Assembly (NCBI GenBank): GCA_900321105.1
Contig: OOHL01000003.1
Location: forward strand, 17,516 to 81,515
Reading direction: 5' to 3'
DNA length: 64,000 nt
DNA from: an uncultured Pseudomonadota bacterium
Lineage (GTDB): Bacteria > Pseudomonadota > Alphaproteobacteria > Rs-D84
Positions within the stretch are counted from its first letter, which is position 1. The number at the start of each line of letters is the position of its first letter. A model generated the notes under the pieces. That model was given only the letters and a program-made list of their open reading frames with translations, searched no databases and had not been told where the DNA came from. Positions 38,764-49,029 of the stretch are shown here, piece after piece. The translations under genes were made by a program, and so were the position numbers.

Positions 38764-39309
38764 TTATCTCTCTCTCATAAAACGAGAGTATTTTGATAAT
38801 ATTTTATCTGGTGTCAATGTGGAATCCTGCTTCGTTAATTTATTTTCAATAAAATCTTTACTTATGCAAAAAAGACGTTCGCCATATAACCCAAGATCAA
38901 ATATCAAATTATAGTATTTTAATTTAGGAATTTTCACCTGTACATATGAAGTGCTTTTTTCTTCAGGAAGGAATTCTCTACAAGATATCACGATAGGTCC
39001 AACCGAAGATTTTTTAATATAATAAAAATACTCTCCGTTATGAAAAGATTCACTTTTATAACAGGCCACAGAAGCAATAAGTTTTTCTTCGCCTAATTTT
39101 TGTAACAATTCAACAAATTTTTTATAATCTGCATACTGTTTGTTGTTTGCTTGTAAAGCCAAGTCGTTTTCCAAACGACGAAAGAACCTTTCGTGCATTT
39201 TTGTCGTTTTGCTATTTAATAAGGTCATTTTGTTTCCTTTTTTGGTTTTGATTATGAATATTATTGTACGTTTTTTTTGTTTGTCAAGCATTTTGTTCGA
39301 AAATGACAA
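38764..39309 (-). CDS. Hypothetical protein (about 150-180 aa) next to the tRNA-Gln att-repeat region
   Basis: ORF only. The true start is probably the internal Met (MTLLNS...). No recognisable motif. Confidence 0.35.
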   Translation of the reverse strand: MSFSNKMLDKQKKRTIIFIIKTKKGNKMTLLNSKTTKMHERFFRRLENDLALQANNKQYADYKKFVELLQKLGEEKLIASVACYKSESFHNGEYFYYIKKSSVGPIVISCREFLPEEKSTSYVQVKIPKLKYYNLIFDLGLYGERLFCISKDFIENKLTKQDSTLTPDKILSKYSRFMRER

Positions 39310-39401
39310 TTTTTTGATATTTTCTAAAACTCAACTTTCGAACTCGGTGTAAATGTTAGAAACCAAAATAAAAACCGCTCTGAAGGACATTTTGTTAACT
39401 A

Positions 39402-39886
39402 TGGTTGGGGCAGCTGTGTCCTCAATACACAATAAATAAAATCAAAAAAATTTCGTGAACTTCAATTTTTGAAAATTTTTCTAATTGTGTATTTTCGTAT
39501 ACGCCATGCGCTGCGCTCTGGCGGATCCATCTGCCCCTTGGATACACAAGGGTGTTTTGATTTTTATTCTGGTTGGGGCAGCTGATTCCCTCGGCTATGC
39601 CTGCGGGTCAACCGTAACGATTTTGCTATACTGCGTTTGCAAAATCTACTTGTTGTCGAACCTTTGGTTCTCATCTCATTACCCAAAAAACAAAAATGAA
39701 ACCCGTCTATTTGACGGGTTTAATTTTTGGTTGGGGCAGCTGTGTCCTCAATACACAATAATAAAAATCACAAAAATTTCGTGAACTTCAATTTTTGAAA
39801 ATTTTTCTAATTGTGTATTTTCGTATACGCCATGCGCTGCGCTCTGGCGGATCCATCTGCCCCTTGGATATTTGATTTTTATTCTG
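39402..39886. repeat. Direct repeats derived from the tRNA-Gln 3' end: two ~160-bp near-identical units plus a third partial copy
   Basis: tggttggggcagctg (the reverse complement of the tRNA 3' end CAGCTGCCCCAACCA) occurs at 39402, 39569, 39729 and 39885. The units starting at 39402 and 39729 are near-identical for about 160 bp (tgtcctcaatacacaat...ctggcggatccatctgccccttggata). The copy at 39569 keeps about 22 nt of tRNA-derived sequence. Confidence 0.8.
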
Positions 39887-39958
39887 GTTGGGGCAGCTGG
39901 ATTCGAACCAACACTAGCGGAGTCAGAGTCCGATGTTCTACCATTAAACTATGCCCCA
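39885..39958 (-). tRNA. tRNA-Gln (anticodon CUG)
   Basis: The reverse complement TGGGGCATAGTTTAATGGTAGAACATCGGACTCTGACTCCGCTAGTGTTGGTTCGAATCCAGCTGCCCCAACCA folds as a cloverleaf. The acceptor pairs TGGGGCA/TGCCCCA. The D-arm reads GTTT-AATGGTA-GAAC. The anticodon loop CTCTGAC carries CTG. The T-arm reads GTTGG-TTCGAAT-CCAGC, and an encoded CCA is present. Confidence 0.8.
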
Positions 39959-40101
39959 ATATTGTCCCAGCAATTATATATAATATATTTTATTTTTCAA
40001 ATAAATAATTTTCATAATATGATTTTATTCATATATAAAAAACTTGCTTAAAATTTTTTAATGTTCTAGGCTTTATGTATGAAAGAAAAAGGAGAGCTCT
40101 C

Positions 40102-43100
40102 ATGAAACAATCAAAAACAGTATTAAAAGAATTAACCGCGGCATATCGCGCTGTTTTACGTCATGGTATTTTGTGCAACGCAATTGCTTTGGGTTTGGTC
40201 GCGATGCCAGCATTAGCGGGGGCTCCGAATACAAGTGGTGTTGCGTGGGTCTTTGGTGATGTGGTTATTCCTGCGGGACAACCGATTGATAATATGGCGT
40301 TCGGTGGTCGCCGTATGAGTGCGCATGGGCAAGACGGTAAATACAGAAATGATTTTCCTGATTATAGATTAGAAGGACGCTCTTTTGAAGTGCTGGGTGG
40401 CGATGCATATGTTGGACCTGTGACATTGACATTGCGGGAATTAACAGATGCCGATACCCCAAAATATAATTATCAATGGAATGATGGTAATGGTGATATT
40501 GAAACAGATATAGATTTGGCAGAATGGGCAGGTATTGAATGGGGTGATGATCAGGCAACTGTATATGGAAAATTGGCTGCAAAAATTAATACTCCGGGTA
40601 ATTATGATAATGCATATGATACAACAGGTGGTGTTTTATTATTTGCACAACGTGATTCAAGTAAAGAAGCTGGGCTCCTTAAATTTACAGATACAGATGC
40701 TGTAATTGATGGTGCGACGGTAAATGCAACTAACATAGAAGTCAATGGCGGTTCGATGACATTCGTAAAACAAGATCCATCGTCTTTGTCTGGGGCAACA
40801 CGTTGGTATACCAATGCAGAAAACATTAGTTCTGATGGTATTACAACATTAAATGCAGATACAATCAATATTGATGGTTCTTTGGTGCGTGTAAATGCTG
40901 ACGCAGAATTAACAATGATGGCAAATAACATTGTAATAACAGGTGAAAGTACAGCAAGCGAAGAAGATCAGTATAATCCAAGTAGATATTTAGTTCGCGC
41001 CGATGGTGAAAATTCTGTTCTTAATATAGGTACGGCTGAACATCCGGTAGACTCTATTGATATCAGACACACTGGCTATGATGCTCGTGCATTCACACTT
41101 TGGGAAGATACAGAAGCAAATATTTATGGAAAATCTATAAATATAGAAGGTTATTCTTATGGTGTTACAGCATGGCCAACATTGGGCGAAACAAGTGCCA
41201 CACTTAATATTGTCGGTGATGATATTAATATCGCTTCTTCAAATGGTCATGGAATGCTTAGTGAAGAGGGTGCAGATGTTTCTGTTAGAGGAAAAACAGT
41301 TGCTTTCTCTGGCGGGGTCGATGCCTTGCAAGCAAGTGATTCTGGAACAATACATGTTATCGCAGATAATTTGACAGTGGCAGGCTATGATGGAATTTTA
41401 GCTAATTATAAAAAAGGTCAAATAACGATAGAAACGACGGGCGATGTCAATGTAACCGCTGAAGATTCTGCTATTCATGCTGGTTTTGGTACCGCTGATG
41501 TAACAAAAGCAAAGGCTGATACAAGTTTTGTAGACATAAGGGCAAAAAATATTAATTTGACCGCCACAGAAACTGGTATTGAAGCGATGAGTAATGGTTG
41601 GATTGATTTGGATGGTAATTTAACAGTCAATGCTAAAAATGCTATTTTGGCACGTGGATATGCAACTGTTAATGTTAATGAATCCAGAGAAAACACAGTT
41701 AAATTAAATGGTGATGTTAACTTTAATTTTTATTCTAATCCTGGCTCGTCCGGTAATTCTGGTTCTGTGATAGATGCTTATGTTAATGTTAATTTAGCAA
41801 ATGCGCAATCATATTGGACTGGAAATACAGTTGTAGATTATCTGTATGGAACCAGACCGGAAGATAGATATTTAGAAGTTAATAATTTTAATTTGTCTTT
41901 GTCAAATGGTGCTGTGTGGAATGCAACAAAAATTACAGATACTAATGAAACAATTATTGACGAAGAGACGCAGGCAGAACGCACAACAGGTAAATACTAT
42001 ACCGCTTTGAACAATCTTAATATCAACGAAGGTACTGTGAATATTGCAGACACAACACGTGGAATCGTTGTCGAAAATGCAACAATCGCTGATGCTACAT
42101 TTAATGGTGGCGATTTGAATATCGGTGCAATGACTTTGACATCTGGCACAAACACATTTAATAACAATGTTAAGGGTGTGGATGCTGCCAGCGTATTGAC
42201 CGTTAATTCTGGCGCAACAATGAACATCGGTACAAATAATGTTGATGTTAATACAATCGCATTAAATGGTGATATGTTGGCGACATTGCGTGAAGGTGAT
42301 GCACAAATCACAGCCGGTACATTTACTGGAAATGGTACTTTGAAATTAACAATGGCACAGGCCGGGACATATAAAGTGTTCGGCGATAAATCTTTTGCAA
42401 ACATTGCATGGGACGAAAGTGGTTTAACAACATCCAGTCCAATCTATAATTTGACTTGGAATGGTGGCGATGTGACCGCAACCCGTAAGACAGCAGCACA
42501 AGTTGCAGAAGATAATAATTTGACAGAAGAATCAGGATCGTTTGTTTCTAATTTGACAGATTCGTCTTCTGATAAATTGAAAGAATTATCGGTTGCATTG
42601 CAGGAAAAATTAGCGGCTGGCGATACAGAATCTGTTGAACATGCAACACGGGCTGTTCATCCTGAAAAAGAATCTGTTGTGCAATCTGTATCAACATCTG
42701 TTCAAAATACAGTTGTGAATTTGGCTTCGTCCCGTATGGTTATGCCAACTGCAGGTCGTGCCGGTGGTGATGTTAAATTAACATCTGGCGGTATGTGGGT
42801 CCAAGGTTTATATAACAAATCTAAACATGCAGATGCGTTCAGTGGTTATACACGTGGAATCGCAGCTGGTTTAGATGGTACACTTAACAAAGTTTGGACA
42901 ATCGGTGCAGGTTATTCGTTCGCTCACTCTAATATTGGTGGAACCGCACGTGATACAGAAATCGATTCAAATACTTTCTTCATGTACGGACAATATAAGC
43001 CGTCCAATTGGTATTTGAATGCGGTTGCAAATTATACTTGGTCTGATTATTCCGAAAAAGGAACAATTTTGGACAATATGCCAATATTCGCAGATTATAA

Positions 43101-43557
43101 TGTGGATTCATTTGGTGGTAATATCGCAACTGGATATGATTTCGATAATGGTATAACACCTGAACTTGGATTGCGTTATATCCATGTATCTGCAGATGAT
43201 TATACAAATTCATATGGTGTGAAAACCCATTTGGATGATTCAGATTATATGACTGGTATCTTGGGTGCAAGATATACATTTAATATCGTTGCAAACAAAT
43301 ATACAACATTTATGCCACAATTGCATGCCGCGGCCAAATATGATTTGTTGTCTGACAAAAATGTCGCAACAGTCACAATGCCAGGAATCAATTCATACGT
43401 GATGGATAATGAACGTTTGAATCGTTTCGGCGGTGAATTTGGTATCGGTTTGGGTGTAAAGTATGGAAATCTGGACATGTCTTTGAACTATGACATTGAT
43501 GTCCGCAAAGACTATACATCACAAACAGGTATGTTGAAATTCAGAGCAAACTTCTAA
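40102..43557 (+). CDS. Autotransporter (type Va secretion) with a large beta-helical passenger and a C-terminal beta-barrel
   Basis: Extended signal peptide MKQSKTVLKELTAAYRAVLRHGILCNAIALGLVAMPALAGA. The passenger is rich in repetitive N/G/T/V beta-helix-like motifs. The C-terminal ~280 aa show alternating aromatic residues and end in RANF. A strong Shine-Dalgarno AAGGAGAG precedes the start. Confidence 0.8.
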   Translation: MKQSKTVLKELTAAYRAVLRHGILCNAIALGLVAMPALAGAPNTSGVAWVFGDVVIPAGQPIDNMAFGGRRMSAHGQDGKYRNDFPDYRLEGRSFEVLGGDAYVGPVTLTLRELTDADTPKYNYQWNDGNGDIETDIDLAEWAGIEWGDDQATVYGKLAAKINTPGNYDNAYDTTGGVLLFAQRDSSKEAGLLKFTDTDAVIDGATVNATNIEVNGGSMTFVKQDPSSLSGATRWYTNAENISSDGITTLNADTINIDGSLVRVNADAELTMMANNIVITGESTASEEDQYNPSRYLVRADGENSVLNIGTAEHPVDSIDIRHTGYDARAFTLWEDTEANIYGKSINIEGYSYGVTAWPTLGETSATLNIVGDDINIASSNGHGMLSEEGADVSVRGKTVAFSGGVDALQASDSGTIHVIADNLTVAGYDGILANYKKGQITIETTGDVNVTAEDSAIHAGFGTADVTKAKADTSFVDIRAKNINLTATETGIEAMSNGWIDLDGNLTVNAKNAILARGYATVNVNESRENTVKLNGDVNFNFYSNPGSSGNSGSVIDAYVNVNLANAQSYWTGNTVVDYLYGTRPEDRYLEVNNFNLSLSNGAVWNATKITDTNETIIDEETQAERTTGKYYTALNNLNINEGTVNIADTTRGIVVENATIADATFNGGDLNIGAMTLTSGTNTFNNNVKGVDAASVLTVNSGATMNIGTNNVDVNTIALNGDMLATLREGDAQITAGTFTGNGTLKLTMAQAGTYKVFGDKSFANIAWDESGLTTSSPIYNLTWNGGDVTATRKTAAQVAEDNNLTEESGSFVSNLTDSSSDKLKELSVALQEKLAAGDTESVEHATRAVHPEKESVVQSVSTSVQNTVVNLASSRMVMPTAGRAGGDVKLTSGGMWVQGLYNKSKHADAFSGYTRGIAAGLDGTLNKVWTIGAGYSFAHSNIGGTARDTEIDSNTFFMYGQYKPSNWYLNAVANYTWSDYSEKGTILDNMPIFADYNVDSFGGNIATGYDFDNGITPELGLRYIHVSADDYTNSYGVKTHLDDSDYMTGILGARYTFNIVANKYTTFMPQLHAAAKYDLLSDKNVATVTMPGINSYVMDNERLNRFGGEFGIGLGVKYGNLDMSLNYDIDVRKDYTSQTGMLKFRANF

Positions 43558-43575
43558 TCTGAATATTACGGAAGA

Positions 43576-43606
43576 GAAAACGGTCGCAATCGCGACCGTT
43601 TTTTAT
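43576..43606. terminator. Bidirectional terminator between the autotransporter (+) and ORF 43603-45063 (-)
   Basis: aaaacggtcgcaatcgcgaccgtttttt forms a hairpin with a T-run. Confidence 0.7.
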
Positions 43607-45063
43607 CTGGTTTTTGAAATATTTTGTAAATTGTTGTTGGCCAAATAATTATCGGTTATCAGTTTTTTTATTTCCGGACTTAAATGTTCAATTGTTTTCA
43701 TCATTTCTTTGGCCTGGTATTTACAATAACGCTTCAAAGTTATATCAAGATTTTTATCAAAATTTTGGATGCCTTCGTATTCGCCAAAATCTTGTTCATA
43801 ATATCTTTTGTAATAATCTGCAAAGTCTTCTTCAAATATTGCATATATTTGGTCTTCTGATATTGGGTGTCTTTCAATTATTGGTTTCGCAAATAAAAGA
43901 AATATTCTTTTGCCATAAAATGAACGGGTACGCGAATCTATGATATCTTGTAATTCTTGGGGCGTTGTTGCGTGTTGAATATCTTCATCAAGAATACTAA
44001 ACCATGCATAAATATCTTCCATACGGGCATAAATAGAATTACTGTGACCTTTGTTGGAAGCGGTCGCTCGCTTGATACCTGTATTATATGCCGTATCAGC
44101 AGCACGCTCAAGAACTTTGCCGGCATCAAATGTTTGTGTAATTTCCCGGAATCCCATACGTTCAATCGTCATATGCGTTGCCATTTGACGAACAAAATGT
44201 GTTAACATTTGATATCTTGTTTCTGCCATTAGGCCAGACAAAAAAGATTGTTTATCTTTTGCTGATTCATATGCCGCTTTCATTTTTCCAGAATAATCGT
44301 GTTCTAACAAAGATGTTATTTGATGTTGTTGCAGATTCCCAGATAACATATCATCATAAATTTTTCTGTCTTGTGGGGTCATTAATGTCAAGATTTCATT
44401 GATTTCATCATCTGTGTAATTGTCAGATTTATAAATCGTTTCATTGTTTTTAATTTGAAACAAATGTCCATCTGGAACAGAACCTGGATGAACAATTCTT
44501 GCAGATTTTGGTAATTTTAAGCCACTGTCTGCATCTGGTGAAAAATATGTGTCCACCGCAGAAAAACCAACAGGTTTCCCATTTTCTTGAACTGTGTCAT
44601 GATAAGGGGTTAATATAATAATCGGTCTGTCATCCCAATTGCCGCCAATATGAGCCTGTACAACATGGTTTAATGTAAAATGAACCGTTGCCCGTGGCGC
44701 AGACCAATTCCGTGCCATTGCGGTCGTTTGCATACGATTGTTTTTCGGCATATAATTTGTTGCATGAACCAAAAGCCAATTATCAGGATTGGAAATATAA
44801 TCAGATTGTTCTTCTTCGTTAAAAGGTTTTTCTGGTTCTTGGAATTTTATATCAAATGATGGGTTAAAAATGCGTTGCAATCCTGTTGTGCCACCAAATT
44901 TGTATTGTGTATCCCGGTCAATACCCAATTCGCGTAATTTATCACGCACCCGTTCTTTCAAAGTTTTTTCAACAACAGGCCCGGTATTCTCTTGCTTTCT
45001 TTTTAATAAATTATTGATTGCGTTTAGAAATAAATCTCTTTTTGTGGTCATAATAATTTCCAT
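43603..45063 (-). CDS. Orphan hypothetical protein (486 aa) with no signal peptide
   Basis: Long ORF with ordinary codon usage. No recognisable motif. Confidence 0.5.
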   Translation of the reverse strand: MEIIMTTKRDLFLNAINNLLKRKQENTGPVVEKTLKERVRDKLRELGIDRDTQYKFGGTTGLQRIFNPSFDIKFQEPEKPFNEEEQSDYISNPDNWLLVHATNYMPKNNRMQTTAMARNWSAPRATVHFTLNHVVQAHIGGNWDDRPIIILTPYHDTVQENGKPVGFSAVDTYFSPDADSGLKLPKSARIVHPGSVPDGHLFQIKNNETIYKSDNYTDDEINEILTLMTPQDRKIYDDMLSGNLQQHQITSLLEHDYSGKMKAAYESAKDKQSFLSGLMAETRYQMLTHFVRQMATHMTIERMGFREITQTFDAGKVLERAADTAYNTGIKRATASNKGHSNSIYARMEDIYAWFSILDEDIQHATTPQELQDIIDSRTRSFYGKRIFLLFAKPIIERHPISEDQIYAIFEEDFADYYKRYYEQDFGEYEGIQNFDKNLDITLKRYCKYQAKEMMKTIEHLSPEIKKLITDNYLANNNLQNISKTR

Positions 45064-45100
45064 TGCATGGAATTATACCATAAAAACAGGGCGTTTACTA

Positions 45101-45859
45101 TTATTTTTTGCGTGCGTGCTTTTTGTAATCTGTCGCGTTAAGACCGCTTTGAATTTCCGGTAAATTAAATTCTGCATCCATTTCATGTAATTGTTTTTGC
45201 ATCGATTGTTCAATTTCAATGCGCTTTTTTTCAAATTCTGCACCACGTAATTTTGGGTCTATATAAATAGGTTCCCCAATGCGACATGATATTGTTCCAA
45301 ATAAACGTGGAATCATAAATTTATCCCACCTGTCCATATAAATTGGTTTAGAACACGAAAAACAGCATGTGACAATCGGTGCGCCTGTCATGCGTGCGAA
45401 ATAAAGCGCGCCATCCTGGATATGCAGGGAAGGGCCAGATGGTCCATCAACAGGAACACACATTGACATATTTGTTTTGCGCATAACACGAACGCCTTCG
45501 CGTAAAACTGCAACGGCACCGTCTGATGTTGAACCGTAAATTGCGCGCAATCCAAAAAGCCTTTGCAGACGTGCCATCATTCGACCGTCTTCGTGACGTG
45601 ATGCAACGCAATATGATTTTATGCGCGCACTTGCAACCACAGGTGATAACATTGCGCAGCGTCCATGAAAGAATACGAATACCACTGGCTTTTTACGATA
45701 ATTTTTTAAGGATTTTGTGTTTGTGAACTTATGGCGCGATGTCAGGTATATAAACCATGTTAATCCCGCCAAAAATGTCACCAAGACCCACTGAATAATG
45801 TCATTACGCAATATGGGTTGCCAAAATTTCTTCCAAATTTTCCTAAATAACTTAGTCAT
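45101..45859 (-). CDS. DUF374 family putative lysophospholipid acyltransferase
   Basis: N-terminal TM helix, then the FFHGR...DGP pattern typical of DUF374 proteins linked to the lipid A pathway. The start is taken at the internal MTKLFRK. Confidence 0.55.
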   Translation of the reverse strand: MTKLFRKIWKKFWQPILRNDIIQWVLVTFLAGLTWFIYLTSRHKFTNTKSLKNYRKKPVVFVFFHGRCAMLSPVVASARIKSYCVASRHEDGRMMARLQRLFGLRAIYGSTSDGAVAVLREGVRVMRKTNMSMCVPVDGPSGPSLHIQDGALYFARMTGAPIVTCCFSCSKPIYMDRWDKFMIPRLFGTISCRIGEPIYIDPKLRGAEFEKKRIEIEQSMQKQLHEMDAEFNLPEIQSGLNATDYKKHARKK

Positions 45860-45960
45860 AATTACTAATTTTATCAATAAAAGCGATAATTTGCAAATTT
45901 TTACATATGTATTGACAAAATAATTTTTTATACTATATTTACAGTAGTGGGGGTGCAGAT

Positions 45961-46692
45961 ATGCAAACGAAACAAGAAACAAAAGATATTAAAATAGTCC
46001 CAATTTTTGACCAAATGGCAAATCCGAAGATTTGGTCTGATTTTACGCGTTTAGAAATGTTGTGTGATACGGTTAAATATGGTTATCGTACAGGTGATGA
46101 TGACAGAAATCGTATCTTTGCCAGTCATATGTATGATTGGACACATGAAAGATATAATTTTGCTTTTGTTGCATACGATGAAAAAGCAATGGTTGGTTTT
46201 GCCAATGGATTCTTGGAAAATCGGTCCGAAATGTATTTGCGTAATTTATATGTAGATCCACAATATAATGGTTTAGGTATCGGGAAAAGACTATTGGAAC
46301 AAAGCGAACGTACTGCTAATTTAATTGTGCCAAGCATGTCAGTTATATCATTAAATGGTGCAATAAGTTTTTATGAAGGTCGTGGATACGAAAGTCCTGA
46401 TAATCGTTATATGTTAAAAAAATTACCACACAATATAGTTGGTGTTGTCCCTGTGTTTAAAAATATGTTGGGTGGTATGCGTGCAAAAATGATGGCACCT
46501 TATGATAAACAAGCGGTCAGACAATGTGTAAATCAACCGGTATTTGTTTATGTCACGGCTGATCGTGAAATTGATGCGGTCGGTATTCGTATGCCAGATA
46601 AAGAAATCAAAATCTGGACCAATGAACATAAACACGGCATGGTTGACTTTTATAAAAATCAATTATTAAAAGCATTTGAAAAAGTAAAATAA
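45961..46692 (+). CDS. GNAT family N-acetyltransferase domain protein
   Basis: The acetyl-CoA-binding-like segment RNLYVDPQYNGLGIGKRLLE is present. Confidence 0.55.
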   Translation: MQTKQETKDIKIVPIFDQMANPKIWSDFTRLEMLCDTVKYGYRTGDDDRNRIFASHMYDWTHERYNFAFVAYDEKAMVGFANGFLENRSEMYLRNLYVDPQYNGLGIGKRLLEQSERTANLIVPSMSVISLNGAISFYEGRGYESPDNRYMLKKLPHNIVGVVPVFKNMLGGMRAKMMAPYDKQAVRQCVNQPVFVYVTADREIDAVGIRMPDKEIKIWTNEHKHGMVDFYKNQLLKAFEKVK

Positions 46693-46725
46693 AAAAACAC
46701 CGCCAATTTGGCGGTGTTTTTTTTC
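46692..46725. terminator. Bidirectional terminator between the GNAT gene (+) and groEL (-)
   Basis: aacaccgccaatttggcggtgtt forms a hairpin with a T9 run. Confidence 0.75.
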
Positions 46726-48339
46726 TTACATCATTCCTGGCATCTGTGGTGATGATGTCGATGTTTTTTCTTCTGGGATTTCAGACATTACTGCGCCGGT
46801 TGTTAATAATACACCAGCGGTTGAAGCCGCCGCTGTGATTGCTGTTTTAACAACTTTTGCTGGGTCAATAATTCCAGATTTCATCATGTCAACATATTCA
46901 CCAGTTTGTGCGTTATATCCAAAATTATAGTCACGGTTTTCCATAATCTTGCCAACAACAATTTCACCAGACACACCTGCGTTTTCTGCGATTTGCATAC
47001 ATGGTGAAATGATTGCACGACGGACGATATCAATACCGACATTTTGGTCTTGATTTGTACCGGTCAGATCTTTCAAAGATTCAACTGCGCGAACCAATGC
47101 TACACCACCACCGGCAACAATGCCTTCGGCAACGGCTGCACGTGTGGCCGCCAATGCGTCATCTACGCGGTCTTTCTTTTCTTTAACCTCTACTTCGGTC
47201 ATGCCGCCGACATGAATAACTGCGACACCGCCAACCAATTTAGCTAAACGTTCTGCCAGTTTTTCGCGGTCATATTCACTGGTTGTGTCTTTAAGAGCTT
47301 TGCGGATTTCATCAGCACGTGCCTTGATTGCATCGCTGTCGCCATCGCCGTTTACCAATAATGTTTTATCTTTGGAAACGACCACGCGTTTTGCACCACC
47401 AAGGACAGATTGATTGATATTTTCAAATGTCATACCCATATCATCAGATATAACAGTTGCACCAGTCACAATCGCAATATCTTTCAACATTTCTTTGCGG
47501 CGATCACCAAATCCAGGTGCCTTTACCGCGCAAACTTTCAATCCGCCACGCAGACGGTTCAAAACCAATGTTGCCAATGCTTCGGATTCAACATCTTCGG
47601 CAATAATTAATAATGGACGACCAGATTGTGCGATTGGTTCCAATATAGGAAGCAATGCCTGCAATCCTGTGATTTTCTTTTCAGAAACCAAAATTGCTGC
47701 ATTTTCCAATTCTGCCAACATTTTTTCGCTGTTTGTGACGAAATAGGGTGACATAAAGCCTTGATCAAATTGCATACCTTCGACCACATCGATTTCTGTA
47801 TCCAACCCCTTTGCTTCTTGAACAGTGATAACACCTTCTTTTCCAACGCGTTCCATAGCGTCCGCAATTTTTTGTCCGATGTCGGCATCACTGTTTGCAG
47901 AAATTGTTGCAACCTGGGCGATTTCGGATGAATCTTTGACAGGACGTGCATGTTTTTCAATGTCTTTTACAACCGCGTCAACAGCGATATCAATACCGCG
48001 TTTTACATCCATTGGATTCATGCCAGCCGCGATAACACGACGACCCTCTTTGAAAATATTTTGTGCAAGAACAGTTGCAGTTGTTGTTCCGTCACCAGCA
48101 CTGTCCCCGGCGCGTTTTGCAACTTCTTGAATCATTTTTGCACCGATATTTTCGGAATTATCTTTTAATGATACTTCTTTGGCAACCGTCACACCGTCTT
48201 TTGTTGCGATTGGTGCACCGTATGCGCGTTCAATTACGACTGTGCGTCCCTTTGGACCCATAGTGATTTTGACAGCATTTGCCAATTTATCGACACCAGC
48301 TGCCAGTTTATCGGTATTAAATACAATATCTTTTGCCAT
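46726..48339 (-). CDS. groL: Chaperonin GroEL
   Basis: [10 protein letters not shown]... C-terminal tail GMM. Confidence 0.97.
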   Translation of the reverse strand: MAKDIVFNTDKLAAGVDKLANAVKITMGPKGRTVVIERAYGAPIATKDGVTVAKEVSLKDNSENIGAKMIQEVAKRAGDSAGDGTTTATVLAQNIFKEGRRVIAAGMNPMDVKRGIDIAVDAVVKDIEKHARPVKDSSEIAQVATISANSDADIGQKIADAMERVGKEGVITVQEAKGLDTEIDVVEGMQFDQGFMSPYFVTNSEKMLAELENAAILVSEKKITGLQALLPILEPIAQSGRPLLIIAEDVESEALATLVLNRLRGGLKVCAVKAPGFGDRRKEMLKDIAIVTGATVISDDMGMTFENINQSVLGGAKRVVVSKDKTLLVNGDGDSDAIKARADEIRKALKDTTSEYDREKLAERLAKLVGGVAVIHVGGMTEVEVKEKKDRVDDALAATRAAVAEGIVAGGGVALVRAVESLKDLTGTNQDQNVGIDIVRRAIISPCMQIAENAGVSGEIVVGKIMENRDYNFGYNAQTGEYVDMMKSGIIDPAKVVKTAITAAASTAGVLLTTGAVMSEIPEEKTSTSSPQMPGMM

Positions 48340-48353
48340 GATTTAATTCCTTT

Positions 48354-48638
48354 TTATAAAATTCCAAGTATATCGGATTCTTTGATTAAAACATAATCAA
48401 TTCCGTCAATTTTAACTTCATTTGCGCTGGATGCCCATTTTGCAAATAATACAACATCGTCTTTTTTTACAGACATAGGTATCTTTTGACCGTCATCATA
48501 AATGCCGTCACCGACCGCGACTACGCGTCCACGTGAAGGTTTTTCTTTCGCATTATCTGGGATAATAATTCCACCAGCGGTTTTATTTTCTTCTTCAATT
48601 CTTTGTAATAAAACATAGTTATGCAATGGTTTAAACAT
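48354..48638 (-). CDS. groS: Co-chaperonin GroES
   Basis: [28 protein letters not shown]... Confidence 0.95.
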   Translation of the reverse strand: MFKPLHNYVLLQRIEEENKTAGGIIIPDNAKEKPSRGRVVAVGDGIYDDGQKIPMSVKKDDVVLFAKWASSANEVKIDGIDYVLIKESDILGIL

Positions 48639-48664
48639 ATAAACACTCCTTTGCTATGCGTGAA

Positions 48665-48692
48665 ATATAGTGCAAAAAAATCGTATTTCAAG
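48665..48692 (-). promoter_or_regulatory. Candidate sigma-32 promoter for groESL (CTTGAAA-N13-CACTATAT on the minus strand)
   Basis: The reverse complement reads ggCTTGAAAtacgatttttttgCACTATATtt. No CIRCE inverted repeat is evident. Confidence 0.45.
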
Positions 48693-48743
48693 CCTTGATT
48701 TTAAGTTTGTTTTAAGTGTATTATTCTTTAAAGGAATAAAAAA

Positions 48744-49028
48744 ATGGCAAACAATTTACAAAATATAAATCAACCACAATCAAATGATGGCCTTAAGGTA
48801 TTAAACGGTTGTTTAACATCATTGCTTTTGGTTATTTTGATTGCTCTTGCTGGGAACGAATTAAAACGCTCTAATATAAGATTGCAACAGGACAAAACAC
48901 AATTTGAACATAAACAAGACAGGACGGTTGTTAAAACATCTGTTGAACAAGATACCCTGAAAATAGGCTCTTATCAAAAAACTTATATGCCTTTATTAAG
49001 ACAAATACAAAGACAAAAAGGAAATTGA
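48744..49028 (+). CDS. Small hypothetical protein with one TM segment
   Basis: ORF only. Hydrophobic stretch LTSLLLVILIALAG. Confidence 0.3.
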   Translation: MANNLQNINQPQSNDGLKVLNGCLTSLLLVILIALAGNELKRSNIRLQQDKTQFEHKQDRTVVKTSVEQDTLKIGSYQKTYMPLLRQIQRQKGN

Positions 49029-49029
49029 T

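Noticed and set aside
39569-39700. Possible tmRNA acceptor piece or second tRNA, because the segment ends in ...CAGCTGCCCCAACCA
   Set aside because: Upstream of the shared 3' end there is no T-arm (no GTTCRANYC-like loop with a pairing stem) and no cloverleaf. It is a degenerate duplicate of the tRNA-Gln 3' end, which fits an att remnant.
39485-40008. ORFs 39485-39784 and 39811-40008, which share the N-terminus MCIFVYAMRCALADPSAPWI
   Set aside because: They arise because the same ~160-bp att-repeat unit is duplicated. They span the tRNA-derived repeats and the tRNA gene itself, so they are not coding.
48639-48743. CIRCE (HrcA operator) upstream of groES
   Set aside because: No TTAGCACTC-N9-GAGTGCTAA-like inverted repeat is present. 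Only a sigma-32-like promoter is seen.
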